The position numbers were made by a program, and so were the translations under genes. Under the pieces are notes generated by a model. That model did not search any database. It had not been told where the DNA came from and worked only from the letters and a program-made list of their open reading frames with translations. Shown here in pieces: positions 17,910-25,944 of a DNA stretch of 54,693 nucleotides. This DNA is from Frankiales bacterium (GTDB lineage Bacteria; Actinomycetota; Actinomycetes; Mycobacteriales; SCTD01). Location of the stretch: assembly GCA_025965615.1 (NCBI GenBank), contig JAOPWP010000167.1:1-54693 (forward strand). The letters are read 5' to 3'. Positions within the stretch are counted from its first letter, which is position 1, and each line of letters starts with the position of its first letter.

Positions 17910-19016
17910 ATGAGAGGGATCGTGCGGCCGTGCCGCTCGCACCTGGGTCCGGAGCTGCACGCCCGCTGGCAGGCGCACCTGTGCGGGCTGTGCCTGACGC
18001 TGCGCGACGTCGCGGGACAGGCCGAGCGGGTGCTCACCGGCTACGACGTGCTGCTGCTGTCCGTGCTCGTCGAGGCGCAGGCCGGGAAGGTCGAGACGAC
18101 GACGGCAGCGCCGTGCCCGTTGCGCGGCTTCCACCGGGCGACCGTCGTGTCCAGCACGAGCACCGCGGCCCGCCTCGCCGCGGCAGGCGCCGTCGTGAGC
18201 GCCGCCGCCGGACTGGTCGACAAGATCGACGACGACGACCTCCCCCGTCCGGCGAGGGGGGCGGCTCGCAGGGTGGCGTCACGGCTGACCAGCTCCGGGT
18301 CGGTGCTGGCGGAGTCCGTGGGGCTCGACCCGTCCGTCGTGCTCAGCGCACCGGCGGTGTCCGCGTCCGCCGAAGCCGTCGAAGGGGCGACCCTGGAGGC
18401 TTTGCTGGCGCCGACGGGTGAGGCGGTCGCCTCGTTGTTCCGCCACACCGCGTCGGTGGCCGGCAAGCCGGCCAACGCCGTTCCCCTCGCCGAGGCCGGG
18501 CGGGCCTTCGGCGCCCTGGTCCACCTGCTCGACGCCGTCGAGGACCGGCAGGCCGACGCCGCAGCAGGCCGGTTCAACCCGCTGACCAGCACCGGGACCG
18601 ACGCCGCCACCGCCCGGCACCTCGCGGAGGAGCTGGTGGCCAGGGTGGGCGCGGCTCTCGCCCGGACAGACCTGGTCGACCGGGCGCTGGTCGACGTCCT
18701 CCTCGGCCGGGAGCTGACCGCGGCGGTCACCCGGGTGCTCCCGGGAGCCTGCGCGTGCGCCCCCGGCGCGCTCGTGCCCCAGCAGCGCACCGGGACGTCG
18801 TCCGTCCTGTCGGTCTGGGCGCTCATGGCGCAGGCGGTGATCATCGGCGGGTCCTGGGGAGGAGGCGGCCGTCGCCGCCGGTTCGGCCGCCGCTCGGACC
18901 CTTACGGCTACCAGAGCGGCTACCGGACCAGCGGGCCCAGCTGCGGCCAGTGCCTGGCCTGCAACTGCTGCGCCAACCGCGCCTGCAACGCCTGCGGCTG
19001 TGGGTGCAACAGCTGA
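17910..19016 (+). CDS. DUF5685-like protein with C-terminal Gly/Arg-rich and Cys-rich tail
   Basis: N-terminus MRGIVRPCRSHLGPELHARWQAHLCGLCLTLRD...TGYDVLLLSVL matches my recollection of the actinobacterial DUF5685 family (not verified). There is a hydrophobic segment VLSVWALMAQAVIIGGSW, followed by GGGGRRRRFGRR and the tail CGQCLACNCCANRACNACGCGCNS. ATG at 17910. Confidence 0.7.
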   Translation: MRGIVRPCRSHLGPELHARWQAHLCGLCLTLRDVAGQAERVLTGYDVLLLSVLVEAQAGKVETTTAAPCPLRGFHRATVVSSTSTAARLAAAGAVVSAAAGLVDKIDDDDLPRPARGAARRVASRLTSSGSVLAESVGLDPSVVLSAPAVSASAEAVEGATLEALLAPTGEAVASLFRHTASVAGKPANAVPLAEAGRAFGALVHLLDAVEDRQADAAAGRFNPLTSTGTDAATARHLAEELVARVGAALARTDLVDRALVDVLLGRELTAAVTRVLPGACACAPGALVPQQRTGTSSVLSVWALMAQAVIIGGSWGGGGRRRRFGRRSDPYGYQSGYRTSGPSCGQCLACNCCANRACNACGCGCNS

Positions 19017-19075
19017 CGTCGGTGCCCGCCCGAAGGAGCAGCCGGAACGCCTGCCGGCCGCGGACCGGAGGACGC

Positions 19076-20467
19076 TCAGCGGGCAGCGACTCGCGCGGCC
19101 AGCTCCCGCAGCGGAGGTTCGTACGCCTCGCCGAACGTGGGGAACGGGTGCACCACGTCCGTGAGGACCGACAGGGGGATCTCGGCCCGGATCGCCAGCG
19201 TCGCCTCGGACAGCCACTCGTCGGCCCGGGGGCCGATCGCTGCCGCGCCGATGAGCACGCCCCGCTTGCGGTCGGCGGTCAGGACGAGGCGCCCGCCGCC
19301 GGCACCCTCGGTGCTCGTACGGGCCACCTCGCCGAGGTCCATCGCCGCGGTGACGGCGTCGATGCCCTGCTCGCGGGCCTGTTCCTCCGCCATGCCGACG
19401 CTGGCGACGGCGGGGTCGGTGTAGACCGCGCGGGGGATCGCGCGCAGGTCGGCACGGCGATCGCCACCGAGCAGGTTCTCGACCACCACGCGCGCCTGGT
19501 AGTTCGCGGTGTGCGTGTAGGGGGCCGCGCCCGTGACGTCGCCTGCCGCCCAGATCCCCCGCGCTCCCAGCACGCGGCAGTGGTCGTCCACCTCGACGGC
19601 GCCGGTGTCCGACGTGGCGATGCCGAGCACCTCGAGCCCGAGCCCGTCGCTGGACGGAGTGCGTCCGACCGCGACGAGGACCCGCTCGGCAGTGACGCGG
19701 GTGCCGTCGGACAGGTGCACCGTGGCCCGGCCGTCCCCGGTCGGCTCGGCACGGTGGACCTGGGTGCCGAGGCGCAGGTCGACGCCGTCGTCGCGCAGCA
19801 CCTGGGCGAGCAGGGCGGCGATGCTCGGCTCCTCCTTGCCGGCGACCTGCGGACCCGCCTGGACCAGCGTCGTCCGGACCCCGAAGCGCGCGTGCACCTG
19901 GGCCAGCTCGCAGCCGACGGCCCCGCCGCCCATCACGAGCAGCGACCCGGGTCGCTCCGGCGCGGACAGGGCCTCGTCGCTGGTCCAGGTCGGGACGCTG
20001 TCGAGCCCGGGGACGTCAGGTGCGTTCGGACGGGAGCCGGTCGCGAGCACGAGGTCGGCGTAGCCCAGCTCACGACCGTCGACGTCGACGACGCCTGGTC
20101 GCACGACCTTGCCGTGCCCGCGGACGAGGACCACTCCGGCCGCCTCGACGCCCGCTGCCGCTGCACGGTCGTCGCGGCCCTCGGCGATCGCATCCCGTCG
20201 CTGGACGGCGCGCCGGAACGCCTCGTCGTCCCCGTCGAGAGCAGGTGCGACCGAGGCGCCTCCCAGCTCGCGGAGCTCCCGCGCCTCCGACCTCGCCTGG
20301 GCGCTCCGCAGCAGGGACTTGCTCGGCATGCACGCGACGTACGGGCACTCGCCGCCCACGCGCAGCGACTCGACGAGCGCCACGCGGCGGCCCCGGCCGG
20401 CCAGGCCCGTGCTGATCGCCTCGCCGGCCGAACCGGCGCCGAGCACCACGACGTCGAAGGACTCCAC
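19076..20467 (-). CDS. Class-I pyridine nucleotide-disulfide oxidoreductase (dihydrolipoamide dehydrogenase / mercuric reductase-like flavoprotein)
   Basis: FAD motif DVVVLGAGSAGE, redox-active disulfide GGECPYVACMPSK, NAD(P) motif LVMGGGAVGCELA, and a dimerisation domain with VHPFPTFGEA. GTG at 20467 lies 2 nt after the stop of the upstream ligase. Confidence 0.9.
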   Translation of the reverse strand: MESFDVVVLGAGSAGEAISTGLAGRGRRVALVESLRVGGECPYVACMPSKSLLRSAQARSEARELRELGGASVAPALDGDDEAFRRAVQRRDAIAEGRDDRAAAAGVEAAGVVLVRGHGKVVRPGVVDVDGRELGYADLVLATGSRPNAPDVPGLDSVPTWTSDEALSAPERPGSLLVMGGGAVGCELAQVHARFGVRTTLVQAGPQVAGKEEPSIAALLAQVLRDDGVDLRLGTQVHRAEPTGDGRATVHLSDGTRVTAERVLVAVGRTPSSDGLGLEVLGIATSDTGAVEVDDHCRVLGARGIWAAGDVTGAAPYTHTANYQARVVVENLLGGDRRADLRAIPRAVYTDPAVASVGMAEEQAREQGIDAVTAAMDLGEVARTSTEGAGGGRLVLTADRKRGVLIGAAAIGPRADEWLSEATLAIRAEIPLSVLTDVVHPFPTFGEAYEPPLRELAARVAAR

Positions 20468-20469
20468 GC

Positions 20470-22092
20470 CTACTGCTCGTCTGCAGCGAGGGTCGCGTGC
20501 CGCTCGCGCAGCTCCCGCTTGAGGATCTTGCCGCTCGGGTTCTTGGGGAGGCTGTCGGCGACCACGACGTACTTCGGGCGCTTGTAGCCGGCGAGGCGCT
20601 CGCGCACGTGGGCGTGGACCGCGTCGGGGATGATCGTCACGCCCGGCTTGGGGACGACGACGGCCGTGACCGCCTCGATCCAGTGCGGGTGGTCGATGCC
20701 GAACACCGCCACCTCGGCCACGCCGTCGAGCAGGTAGATCGCCTCCTCGACCTCCCGGCTGGCGACGTTCTCCCCGCCGGTCTTGATCATGTCCTTCTTG
20801 CGGTCGACGACCGAGAGGTAGCCGTCCTCGGTCATGACCCCGAGGTCGCCGGAGTGGAACCAGCCGCCGCGGAACGCCGCAGCGGTCTTCTCCTCGTCGG
20901 CGTAGTAGCCGAGCGCAGCGTGCGGGCTGCGGTGCACGATCTCGCCCACCTGGCCCGGCGGGACGATCTGGTCGTCGTCGTCGACGCACCGGGTCTCGAC
21001 GTTGAGCGCTGCACGGCCGGCCGAACCGGCGCGGGACAGCTGGTCCTGCGGAGGCAGGATCGTCGCCAGCGGTGACATCTCGGTCTGGCCGTAGAAGTTC
21101 CACAGCCGGACGTCGGGCAGGCGTCGCTGCAGCTCGCGCAGGACCTCCACCGGCATGGGGGAGGCGCCGTAGTAGCCCTTGCGCAGCGACGAGAGGTCAC
21201 GGGTGTCGAAGTCCGGCGAGCGCAGCAGCGAGATCCACACGGTCGGCGGGCAGAACAGCTTGGTCACGCGCTCGCGCTCGATCGTCGCCAGCAGTGCCGT
21301 CGGCTCGGGGGAGGGGAGGATGATGCTCGTGGCGCCGAGGTAGACGTCGACGGAGAAGAAGCAGTCCAGCTGGGCGCAGTGGTACATCGGGAGTGCGTGC
21401 ACCTCGACGTCGTCACCGCTCATGCCGCCGTCCAGAGCGCAGCTGACGTACTGCGCGATGAGCGAGCGGCTCGACAGCATCACCCCCTTCGGGCGCGACT
21501 CCGTGCCGGAGGTGTACATCAGGCGCAACGGGTCGTCGTCGGCGACGAGCACGCCGGGGTCCGAGGCGTCTCCCTCGTCGATCCACGCATCGACGTCCTC
21601 CCACCCGGGGGCCGCCTGGGCGCCGGAGGCACGGATGCAGCCGCGGACGTGACCATCGAACCGCGCCGCGGTCAGGGCCAGCTCGGCGGTCGGCACGAGC
21701 GCGTCCTCGACGACCAGTCCCGTCGCCCCCGAGTGGTCGAGCAGGAAGGCGATCTCGTCAGGACCGAGCATGAAGTTCACCGGGACGAGGACGACTCCGA
21801 GCTTCGCCGTGGCGAAGACCAGCACGGCGTACTGCCAGCTGTTGTGGGAGAGCAGGGCGAGCCGGTCACCCTTGACCAGACCCCGGTCGGCCAGGGCGTG
21901 CGCGGCCCGGTTGACCGACGCGTCGAACTGCGCGTAGGTCACCCGACGCTCGCCGGAGACGACGGCCAGCCGGTCGGGGTCGCGCAGTGCCGTGCGGCGC
22001 AGCAGGTCGCCCACGCTGTGCTGCCGGGCCCGTGCGACCGCCTGCTCGGTCCCGGGCGTGAACCCCGCGCTGTCGTCCATGAGTCGGAGCAT
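20470..22092 (-). CDS. Acyl-CoA synthetase (FadD-like long/medium-chain fatty-acid-CoA ligase)
   Basis: MYTSGTESRPKGV and HSGDLGVMTEDGYLSVVDRKKDMIKTGGENV motifs. ATG is preceded by GAGGAGCAGTGTC. Confidence 0.9.
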   Translation of the reverse strand: MLRLMDDSAGFTPGTEQAVARARQHSVGDLLRRTALRDPDRLAVVSGERRVTYAQFDASVNRAAHALADRGLVKGDRLALLSHNSWQYAVLVFATAKLGVVLVPVNFMLGPDEIAFLLDHSGATGLVVEDALVPTAELALTAARFDGHVRGCIRASGAQAAPGWEDVDAWIDEGDASDPGVLVADDDPLRLMYTSGTESRPKGVMLSSRSLIAQYVSCALDGGMSGDDVEVHALPMYHCAQLDCFFSVDVYLGATSIILPSPEPTALLATIERERVTKLFCPPTVWISLLRSPDFDTRDLSSLRKGYYGASPMPVEVLRELQRRLPDVRLWNFYGQTEMSPLATILPPQDQLSRAGSAGRAALNVETRCVDDDDQIVPPGQVGEIVHRSPHAALGYYADEEKTAAAFRGGWFHSGDLGVMTEDGYLSVVDRKKDMIKTGGENVASREVEEAIYLLDGVAEVAVFGIDHPHWIEAVTAVVVPKPGVTIIPDAVHAHVRERLAGYKRPKYVVVADSLPKNPSGKILKRELRERHATLAADEQ

Positions 22093-22193
22093 GACACTGC
22101 TCCTCGACGAGTGCGCCGTACCGGAGCGTGCGGGGTGCTCGAGCGCGCGGCGGAGTACGTTCCGGGTCCCGCCCGACTGAAGGAGATCCTGAC

Positions 22194-22955
22194 GTGACCG
22201 TGCACGTGGAGCAGGTCGACAGCTGCGCTGTCGTGCGGCTCGACTCAGGCAAGGTCAACGCGATGGACCTCGCGCTGTGCGACGAGCTGACCGGCGTGTT
22301 CTCCCGCCTGCCGCAGGATCCTTCGGTGAGGGCGGTCGTGCTGACCGGCAACGGGCGGACCTTCTGCGCGGGGGTGGACCTGCCCTCGCTCCTCGGCGGT
22401 GACGACGGGGCTGCGCGTGCCTTCGTCACCTCGCTCGGCGCCTGCTTCGAAGCGGTGCTGCGCTGCCCGCTCCCCGTCGTCGCTGCTGTCGAGGGTCACG
22501 CGATCGCGGGGGGCTGCGTCCTGATGTGCGCCTCCGACCTCCGCGTCGTGGTGGACGACCCCCGTGTGCGGCTGGGCCTGACCGAGCTCGCGGTGGGCGT
22601 CCCGTTCCCGACCAGCGCCGTCGAGATCATGCGCTGGCGGCTCGGCGAGACCCGCCTGGCGCAACGGGTGCTGCTCGCTGACACCGTTGCGGCCGACACG
22701 GCCGTCGCTGCGGGCCTCGCTGATGTGAGCGCGTCCCGAGACGATGTCGTCGCACGAGCACTCACCCTCGCGACGTCCCTGGCCGCTGTGCCGTCCGAGG
22801 TGTTCCGGTTGACCAAGGCGCAGCTGCAGGCCGACGTGCGCGAGCGGATCGCCACCCGCAGCGGCACCTGGGAGGCGGAGGTCCATGACCTGTGGTCCAG
22901 CGAGCCGGTGCGGGCCAGCCTCGAGCAGTTCGTCGCGCGCACGCTGCGCCGCTGA
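22194..22955 (+). CDS. Enoyl-CoA hydratase/isomerase (crotonase) family protein
   Basis: VVLTGNGRTFCAGVDL oxyanion-hole motif. GTG at 22194 is preceded by GAAGGAG, so the first 22 codons of the track ORF were discarded. Confidence 0.85.
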   Translation: MTVHVEQVDSCAVVRLDSGKVNAMDLALCDELTGVFSRLPQDPSVRAVVLTGNGRTFCAGVDLPSLLGGDDGAARAFVTSLGACFEAVLRCPLPVVAAVEGHAIAGGCVLMCASDLRVVVDDPRVRLGLTELAVGVPFPTSAVEIMRWRLGETRLAQRVLLADTVAADTAVAAGLADVSASRDDVVARALTLATSLAAVPSEVFRLTKAQLQADVRERIATRSGTWEAEVHDLWSSEPVRASLEQFVARTLRR

Positions 22956-23068
22956 GCAGACGCTCACCCCGGCAGCGGCTGCTCCACGCGGCGGATCACC
23001 GCGGACCCCGACTGCCGGCACCGGAGCGGGGGTAGCGACGCAGGAGCGCTGAGGAGGCTGGTCAACCC

Positions 23069-23806
23069 GTGATCGACATCTCGACCCTCGACCCGCCTCC
23101 GGCCGGCTTCCCGGGCTGCCAGGCCTGTCCCTGCCTGTTGACCGGGACGGCGCAGATCTGCTTCTCCTGCGCCAGCACCGGGGCAGAGCCGGGCGGCGGC
23201 CCGACGTGCGCCGTGTGCGGCAAGGAGCTGGCTGAGCGAGCGCCGTGCGACAACAGCGTGTGCCTGCTGGACGACCCGGAGTTCTCCGACCTGCACACGG
23301 TCCTGCTGCGCGCGGAGGACGTGTGGACGGCCCTCACCCGCTACAAGTACGACGAGGACCGCAGCTGGGCGGAGGTCCTCGGGCGGATCGTGACCGGGTA
23401 CCTGGACGAGCACGAGGCCGCGATGAGGCGGTACGACGTGATCACGACCGGAGCGCTCTACGTGGGGCCACGGGCCAACCGGTTGTGGGACCACCTGCGG
23501 CTGATCCTCGAGGCCGCGCAGGCGCACGGGCCGTCGTGGCCCTTCGCGTACGACGTGATCGCCAAGTCCGGACCGACCGGACAGTTCCTCGGCCGCAGTG
23601 CCGGCACCCGGCGCAAGATCGCCGAGCACTCGCTCCGGGCGGCCCTGTCGATCCCCGATCCTGCCCGGGTCGCCGGCAAGCGGGTGCTGGTGCTCGACGA
23701 CGTCTACTCCGAGGGTTACTCGATGCGCGAGATGGCCCGGTGCCTGCGGGAGGCGGGTGCTGCTGAGGTCGCGGGTCTGGTGCTCGCCCGCAAGAAGGGC
23801 GGCTGA
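23069..23806 (+). CDS. ComF-like phosphoribosyltransferase-domain protein with N-terminal Cys-rich (zinc-ribbon-like) region
   Basis: N-terminal Cys clusters CQACPC...CFSC...CAVCGKE...CDNSVC. C-terminal type-I PRTase PRPP loop KRVLVLDDVYSEGYSM. High GC3 throughout. GTG start lies 11 nt after GAGGAGG. Confidence 0.75.
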   Translation: MIDISTLDPPPAGFPGCQACPCLLTGTAQICFSCASTGAEPGGGPTCAVCGKELAERAPCDNSVCLLDDPEFSDLHTVLLRAEDVWTALTRYKYDEDRSWAEVLGRIVTGYLDEHEAAMRRYDVITTGALYVGPRANRLWDHLRLILEAAQAHGPSWPFAYDVIAKSGPTGQFLGRSAGTRRKIAEHSLRAALSIPDPARVAGKRVLVLDDVYSEGYSMREMARCLREAGAAEVAGLVLARKKGG

Positions 23807-23834
23807 GCCACCCCGGCACCGGCTGTAGCCGGCC

Positions 23835-24941
23835 TCAGACGGCGAAGACGGCCTGGATCGTGGAGCGTCGCCGCGCAGCGAGTTCCACCATCAGCGCGGG
23901 ACCGTCGTCGAACGGAACGACGTCGGTGACGACGTGCTCGCGGATCCCGGCCCCGTACACCGCGAGCAGCTCCAGGGTCTCCTGGCACAGCCGCCGCCTG
24001 TCCCAGGAGCCGGCCAGACCCCGGGGGACCCGGTTGATCTGGGCACACCGGATGGTCATCCCCTTGTGGTGGAACTCCTCGCCGAGGCGGAGCTCCGGGG
24101 CTCCGCCCTGGTAGAACGCCAGGTCGATGACGGTTGCCTGGGGCCGGGCGCTGCGCAGGGCCCCGGCGAGGACCGACGCCTCGCCGCGGCACTGGAAGAC
24201 GACGTCGGCACCCACGTCGGCGGGGCCGTGCTGCCACCGGGACGTGCACCAGGACCAGACGGCATCGGGCCCGTCGTCGACGACGGGGATCAGTCCGAGC
24301 GCCTCGGCGGCGGCCAGTCGACGCGGGTCGGGATCGGCGAGCGCGACCTGGGCGGCGCCGTGCATGCGGGCCAGGAGTCCGGTGAGCAGACCCACGACGC
24401 CGCCTCCGGTGACGAGCACCGTCCGGTCGCGCACGCCGTCCCCGAGGGCCAGGTCCGCCGCCGGGCCGCGCTGCTCGGCAGCGGCGTGCAGCAGGCCGTT
24501 GATGCAGATCGGGCCCATCTGGGCGACGTAGACGCCGAGCAGCGGGTCGAGGTCGTCGGGCAGCACCGTCAGCACGCTGTTCGACGGGTCGACGACGTGC
24601 CCGGTGCGGTGCCCGTAGGCCAGCGCGACCACGTCCCCGTCGCGGACCGCGTCGCTGCGCGCGTCGACGACCCGCGCGACCTCCATGTAGCCCAGGGCCT
24701 GGATGGGGTAGCTGCGCGAGGGAGTGCCCTCGACGAACACGCCACGCCCGGCGTCCCAGGAGGAGTGCAGAAAGGGATTGGTCCCCTTGAGGAAGGTCAG
24801 CTCGGTGCCGGCCGACAGCCCGGTGAACAGCGTGTCGACGCGCACCTCTCCCTGCTCGGGTGGCGCCTCCTCGTAGGTCAGGACCTCGGCCTGACCGGGG
24901 CCGAGGATGCCGATCGAGCGCACCCGGCGGCGGTCAGCCAC
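23835..24941 (-). CDS. MDR-superfamily dehydrogenase lacking canonical zinc ligands
   Basis: GroES-like N-domain and Rossmann motif VLVTGGGVVGLLTGLLA. By eye, the positions normally GxCGxD/H and GHE read GLSAGTE and GYME, and there is no structural-zinc Cys lobe. GTG at 24941 overlaps the upstream gene stop by 8 nt. Confidence 0.85.
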   Translation of the reverse strand: MADRRRVRSIGILGPGQAEVLTYEEAPPEQGEVRVDTLFTGLSAGTELTFLKGTNPFLHSSWDAGRGVFVEGTPSRSYPIQALGYMEVARVVDARSDAVRDGDVVALAYGHRTGHVVDPSNSVLTVLPDDLDPLLGVYVAQMGPICINGLLHAAAEQRGPAADLALGDGVRDRTVLVTGGGVVGLLTGLLARMHGAAQVALADPDPRRLAAAEALGLIPVVDDGPDAVWSWCTSRWQHGPADVGADVVFQCRGEASVLAGALRSARPQATVIDLAFYQGGAPELRLGEEFHHKGMTIRCAQINRVPRGLAGSWDRRRLCQETLELLAVYGAGIREHVVTDVVPFDDGPALMVELAARRRSTIQAVFAV

Positions 24942-25944
24942 CGAGGGCTCCGGCGAGCTCGCCGTCCACGTCGATGACACGCCCGTCCTCCCGCGCGGAG
25001 CGGTCCGCGGCGCAGACGAGGGCCTGCGTGCGCAGCGCTTCGTCGTAGGACACCGGGACGCGCGCCGGCTGCCCGAGCAGGGCGTCGACGAAGGCGCGGT
25101 CCTCACGCGCGACAGGGTCCTCGGTGGAGCGCCACGACCGCTCTCCGGCGGCGGTCTCGGTGCGCAGCTCGTGGTCGGACAGCGCCCGCTCGCGCAGGTC
25201 CAGCGTCCGGCCCTGCAGGACGAGGCGCAGGTCCACCAGGTGGCGCCGGTCGAGCAGGCAGGACGACGTCATGGTCCCGACCGCGCCCGAGCGGAAGCGC
25301 AGCAGGACGGCCGATGCCGTGGGCACGTCGGCCTCGGGGAACTCGGCGCGCGGCGTCCTGGTCTCGAGGGCCTGGACGGACGCGACCTCTCCGACCAGCA
25401 CCCTGGCCAGGTCGAACAGGTGGGTCGTCTGCTCGAGGAGCTGCCCGCCGGACCCGTCGCGTCGGGACCACCAGGGGGCGCGGGGAGTGCTGTCCCACCA
25501 CGTCCCGGTCATCACGTGGACCGGGTCGTCGGCGACCAGCTGCTTCGCCTGCTCGACCAGGCTCACCGACCGCCAGTGGTAGCCGACGCAGGTGAGCAGG
25601 TTCTTCGCGCGCACGGCTCCGGCGATGCGCACGGCCGTCGGGAGGTCGACCGCGAGCGGCTTCTCGACGAAGAAGGGCAGTCCACGCTCGAGCGCCGCGT
25701 CCTCGAGCGGGCCGTGTGCGGCCGGTGGGACGCACAGCCAGACCGCATCGAGCTGCTCGGTCTCGAGCAGGGCCAGGCCATCGGCGTACGCGGTGGCTCC
25801 GTTGCGGGACGCGACGTCCCGGGCCCGCTCGACGACCGGGTCGGCCACGGCGACCACGTCCACGTCCGGGAAGGTCGCGAGCGCATCGAGGTGCCGCCCG
25901 GCGATGAACCCCGTGCCCACGCAGCCGGCGCGCAGCCGGCTCAT
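24934..25944 (-). CDS. Gfo/Idh/MocA-family NAD(P)-dependent oxidoreductase
   Basis: Rossmann motif AGCVGTGFIAGRH and the FFVEKPLA (EKP) motif. The ATG overlaps the glycosyltransferase stop (ATGA at 25941-25944). Confidence 0.9.
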   Translation of the reverse strand: MSRLRAGCVGTGFIAGRHLDALATFPDVDVVAVADPVVERARDVASRNGATAYADGLALLETEQLDAVWLCVPPAAHGPLEDAALERGLPFFVEKPLAVDLPTAVRIAGAVRAKNLLTCVGYHWRSVSLVEQAKQLVADDPVHVMTGTWWDSTPRAPWWSRRDGSGGQLLEQTTHLFDLARVLVGEVASVQALETRTPRAEFPEADVPTASAVLLRFRSGAVGTMTSSCLLDRRHLVDLRLVLQGRTLDLRERALSDHELRTETAAGERSWRSTEDPVAREDRAFVDALLGQPARVPVSYDEALRTQALVCAADRSAREDGRVIDVDGELAGALGG

